Assembly (NCBI GenBank): GCA_049423385.1
Contig: JBMSQQ010000006.1
Coordinates: 1-64,000 of the forward strand
Source of the DNA: Silvanigrellaceae bacterium
GTDB lineage: Bacteria; Bdellovibrionota_B; Oligoflexia; Silvanigrellales; Silvanigrellaceae
Direction: 5' to 3'
Length of the DNA stretch: 64,000 bases
Position numbers and translations under genes: made by a program. Position 1 is the stretch's first letter, and each line of letters begins with the position of its first letter. The notes beneath the pieces are model-generated. The model was not told the origin of the DNA and ran no database searches. It saw nothing but the letters and a program-made list of their open reading frames with translations. Shown here one piece after another: positions 60,767-64,000 of the stretch.

Positions 60767-62614
60767 CTACTCCACGGTCACGCTTTTCGCGAGGTTACGT
60801 GGTTGATCAACATCCGTTCCCTTGCGAACCGCAATCCAGTAGGCAAGCAAGTGCATCGGAATTGTGGTTATGAAAGGCAGGATGGTTTCTGAACAATCGG
60901 GAATTCCAATAAAATCATCGGCGATAGACTTTAACGTTGCATCATCTTCCTGACCGACAGCGAGAATGCGCCCACCCCGCGCCTTGATTTCCTCTATGTT
61001 GGAGATGGTTTTCTCGTAGTATGCATCGCGGGGCGCCAAACATACGACGCACATGTTCTCGTCAATCAGGGCAATCGGACCGTGCTTGAGTTCACCGGCT
61101 GCATAAGCCTCGGCATGTATGTAGGAGAGCTCTTTGAGCTTCAATGATCCCTCAAGCGCCACGGGCCACTGAGGACCACGACCAATGAAAAGGAGATTTG
61201 TCGTCTGCTGGAATTTGTTGGCAAGCCGCTCAATGGATTCCGAAAGCCCCAAAGACTTTTCGACAAGGCTGGGAATCTTGACGAGGTCGTCGATCTTGGC
61301 ACGCAAATCCGCCTCACCCAACGATGCTCTCTCCTGCCCAAGTGCCAATCCCAAAAGATGAAGCGCTGTCACCTGTGCAGCGAACGCCTTCGTGCTGGCA
61401 ACACCAATTTCCGGGCCTGCCTTTGTAAGCGACTCGGCATGGCATGCATGCGCAATTGTGCTTCCCGGGACATTGACAACTGCCAATGTAAACGCACCAT
61501 TGGCGCGTGCAGACTTGATCGCCTGCAAGGTGTCTGCCGTCTCGCCACTCTGCGACACAGCAACCACGAGAGTGTTTTGATCGACTGTTGAGGTACGGTA
61601 GCGATATTCACTCGCGAGGTCGACTTCAACAGGAATGCGAGATTGCGACTCGATGAAATATTTACTCAAAAGTGCCGCGTAATAACTTGTGCCGCAGGCA
61701 ATGATTTGCAAACGCTGAAAATTCCGAAGCGGCAAATTTCCTACGCCCAAATCAACCAGATTGATGCGACCAGCTTCACGCTCAATCCGTCCGTTGAGAG
61801 TCTGGGCGATGGCCTGTGGATGCTCATGGATCTCCTTGAGCATGAAATGCCGGTATCCACCTTTTTCCATCATGGACACAGACCATTCAACTTTGCTGAA
61901 GGCCCGTGTCACAGGCTTGCCATCGAAATTCTCAATCTCGATTCCCGAAGGCTTCAAAACGACAATTTCGGAATCCTCCACAACCAGAAACTGACGGGTG
62001 TGCTCCACGAGAGCAGTGATGCCCGAGGCCAGGTAGCACTCTCCGTCGGATTGACCAATCACCAAAGGACTTCCAAGCTTCGCTGAGTAAAGAACCTCGG
62101 GAGTATCCAGACAAAGAATTCCAAACGCGAACGCTCCCTTGAGGCGACCCACCAGGGACCGCAAGGCATTGCGCATCCGCTCTTCTGCATTTCCGGATTT
62201 CTGCTTGATGTATTCGTCGTGAAGAAGATGCGCAGCGACTTCAGTGTCGGTCTCGCTCAAAAACTTGTAACCCCTGGTCACCAACTCATCCTTGAGCTGA
62301 CGATAATTTTCGATGATGCCGTTGTGCAGCAACACAATCGGGCCAGACCTGTGGGGGTGAGCGTTGTTCTCTGTCGGTTTGCCATGTGTTGCCCAACGCG
62401 TGTGTCCAATCCCAACTTTTGCGCTGGGAGGAAGGCGATCGAGCTTGCGCTCGAGTTGAGACAATTTGCCTTCGGCACGTTCAATGGAAATTCCCTCGGG
62501 AGTCAGCATTGCGATCCCGGCAGAGTCATAACCGCGGTATTCCAGACGCCTCAGTGCGTTGAGAAAAAAAGAAGGATTCGCCCCGGGCCCGACATAACCA
62601 ATGACTCCGCACAT
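60767..62614 (-). CDS. glmS: Glutamine-fructose-6-phosphate aminotransferase
   Basis: MCG, LEYRGYDSAG, GHTRWATHG, SQSGETAD, PRNLAKSVTVE. Confidence 0.98.
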   Translation of the reverse strand: MCGVIGYVGPGANPSFFLNALRRLEYRGYDSAGIAMLTPEGISIERAEGKLSQLERKLDRLPPSAKVGIGHTRWATHGKPTENNAHPHRSGPIVLLHNGIIENYRQLKDELVTRGYKFLSETDTEVAAHLLHDEYIKQKSGNAEERMRNALRSLVGRLKGAFAFGILCLDTPEVLYSAKLGSPLVIGQSDGECYLASGITALVEHTRQFLVVEDSEIVVLKPSGIEIENFDGKPVTRAFSKVEWSVSMMEKGGYRHFMLKEIHEHPQAIAQTLNGRIEREAGRINLVDLGVGNLPLRNFQRLQIIACGTSYYAALLSKYFIESQSRIPVEVDLASEYRYRTSTVDQNTLVVAVSQSGETADTLQAIKSARANGAFTLAVVNVPGSTIAHACHAESLTKAGPEIGVASTKAFAAQVTALHLLGLALGQERASLGEADLRAKIDDLVKIPSLVEKSLGLSESIERLANKFQQTTNLLFIGRGPQWPVALEGSLKLKELSYIHAEAYAAGELKHGPIALIDENMCVVCLAPRDAYYEKTISNIEEIKARGGRILAVGQEDDATLKSIADDFIGIPDCSETILPFITTIPMHLLAYWIAVRKGTDVDQPRNLAKSVTVE

Positions 62615-62624
62615 AATTCATCCT

Positions 62625-63605
62625 TCACTTGAAGACTTCGGACTGCTGTGTCCAGCGGGAAAAAGATGGCACTCTGGATTCATCCGGAATCCGGACATCA
62701 CCCGAAAGGTGGACGAACGGTTCCACAACAACGTTCTGCCCGAAAACGACAGAGTCCTCAATGTAGACCTGATCCGGATTGAGGATTTGCGTTCCTGATG
62801 CCATCAGTGCTTGAACAATCCGCTTTTGCAATCGACGGGCCACATCGGCGAGTTGTGCCTGCGAATTCACACCAAGCACAGATTCCTCAGGAACACCTTC
62901 GTATGCGGTTGCTCGTCTGCCATTGCTCGTGAGCAACACGGGCAAATCCGTCAGATAAAACTCATTCGCGGCATTTTCAGGTTTGATTTGCGGCAAAAAT
63001 TCGCTCAAAACGCGAAAGTCGGCAGCAAAAAAACCGCTGTTGCATGAGCGGATATTGCGTTGTTCAGGATTGCAATCCTTCTCTTCCTGGATGCGGTAAA
63101 CCTGTCCATCCATCGTCTTCAGGACCCGGCCGTAGCCCGTCGGATCTGCTGCATCAAATGCCAGGACCGTGAGCGAACTTTTGTCGAGTCGCAAGCGATC
63201 CAAAAGACCGTTCAAAATCAGTGGCTCAACACCCGGAACATCACCCAGGCCAATCAGTGCGGTTCCATCGCTCACACCCTGCGCCTGCAATGCTTTTACC
63301 CCACACAACGCGGCGTGACCTGTGCCCATGGCGACGTCCTGAAAAACATGACGGACCCGACAACGGCTGGCTACTTTTTGAGCAAACTTTTCCACGATGG
63401 CATGAACTTCAGGCTGGCTGGGAGAAACGACCACACTGAGATCTGCAACACCAGCCTCAACAAAATGACTCATCGACCATTCGATCAGGGGCTTGCCCAA
63501 AAGCGTGTGCGCGACCTTGGGTCGGGTGGTCTTCATGCGCTTGCCTTGGCCAGCGGCCAAAATAATTCCCACCACATCTTGCTTTTTCACATGCTTCTCT
63601 GACAC
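62625..63605 (-). CDS. glmU: GlmU uridyltransferase domain lacking most of the C-terminal acetyltransferase
   Basis: LAAGQGKRMK..PKV.H, GTGHA, GDVP, PTGYGR, EEKD, EFYLTD, GVN; only about two beta-helix coils before the stop; 326 aa. Confidence 0.85.
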   Translation of the reverse strand: MSEKHVKKQDVVGIILAAGQGKRMKTTRPKVAHTLLGKPLIEWSMSHFVEAGVADLSVVVSPSQPEVHAIVEKFAQKVASRCRVRHVFQDVAMGTGHAALCGVKALQAQGVSDGTALIGLGDVPGVEPLILNGLLDRLRLDKSSLTVLAFDAADPTGYGRVLKTMDGQVYRIQEEKDCNPEQRNIRSCNSGFFAADFRVLSEFLPQIKPENAANEFYLTDLPVLLTSNGRRATAYEGVPEESVLGVNSQAQLADVARRLQKRIVQALMASGTQILNPDQVYIEDSVVFGQNVVVEPFVHLSGDVRIPDESRVPSFSRWTQQSEVFK

Positions 63606-63672
63606 TCATAACCTCTGTATAATAAAAAAACTCGACGATCTTTCCGTTCTTCCAATTTTGAAAGGACACACC

Positions 63673-64000
63673 ATGGCGGGCACGTCCTCACCACAAACTG
63701 AAACAACCTGCACAGTCCACGCCCCAACGCGCATCGATCTCGCCGGCGGGACTTTGGATATTTGGCCTTTAGCAGCAATTCTACAAGAAAAATTTGAACT
63801 GTGGAACGCTCCGGTTGAAACAGTGAATCTTGCCATCAGCCTGCATGCCGAGGCCAAAGTCACCTTCAAACCCTCCCGCGAATTACGCTGGCACTTCAAC
63901 GACAAATCGCTGGGCCGCAGCGCAGAGGGCTCAAGTCTTCAGCAAAACGAAGCTGCTGACTTTGTCCTGCATCGTGCTGTGACGCGCCTCTACAAATCCG
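63673..64000 (+). CDS. GHMP-family sugar kinase (HddA-like), 5' part only
   Basis: Read by hand: ATG 63673 after AAGGA, MAGTSS...APTRIDLAGGTLDIWPL...TVNLAI (GHMP motif 1); open to the window end. Confidence 0.75.
   Translation, partial: MAGTSSPQTETTCTVHAPTRIDLAGGTLDIWPLAAILQEKFELWNAPVETVNLAISLHAEAKVTFKPSRELRWHFNDKSLGRSAEGSSLQQNEAADFVLHRAVTRLYKS

Noticed and set aside
62615..62624. glmS ribozyme
   Set aside because: Only 10 bp separate glmU and glmS, leaving no room.

Overview
A gene-dense chromosomal core region of about 50% GC, probably origin-proximal because it holds two parS sites next to parA-parB. Gene content (DUF6178-like protein, PrkA, bactofilin after parB, an atp operon without the a and c subunits, long FtsZ) suggests a Bdellovibrionota/Oligoflexia-like or related deltaproteobacterial lineage; this is inference. 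In order, the window holds: (1) a minus-strand run with DUF6178-like, mnmA, rnc, era, an RHH-like low-complexity protein, coaE, a Zn-ribbon membrane protein and a lipoprotein; (2) an MBL hydrolase, a DEDDh exonuclease with a decayed GIY-YIG-like domain and surA; (3) an atypical uvrA followed by a TPR+EVE-like protein and a membrane protein; (4) amgK-like and murU-like salvage genes split by an XRE cassette, then a LysM lipoprotein; (5) a reduced dcw cluster (rsmH, ftsL, ftsI, murE, mraY, murD, ftsW, murC, ftsQ, ftsA, terminator, ftsZ); (6) a glycosyltransferase pair and the atp operon, whose b' and b subunits are one ORF; (7) an HTH gene, parS x2, parA, parB, bactofilin, uppP, PIN-PhoH, PrkA, an FG-GAP protein, an S41 protease, glmS, a C-terminally truncated glmU and the start of a GHMP kinase. 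I saw no rRNA, tRNA, CRISPR array or mobile element. The most striking observations are a UvrA with one composite ATPase site coherently inactivated and its insertion domain deleted, next to a TPR-EVE-like gene; the single-chain b'-b stator; and the GlmU without its acetyltransferase domain. All family calls come from reading motifs by eye, with no database search.
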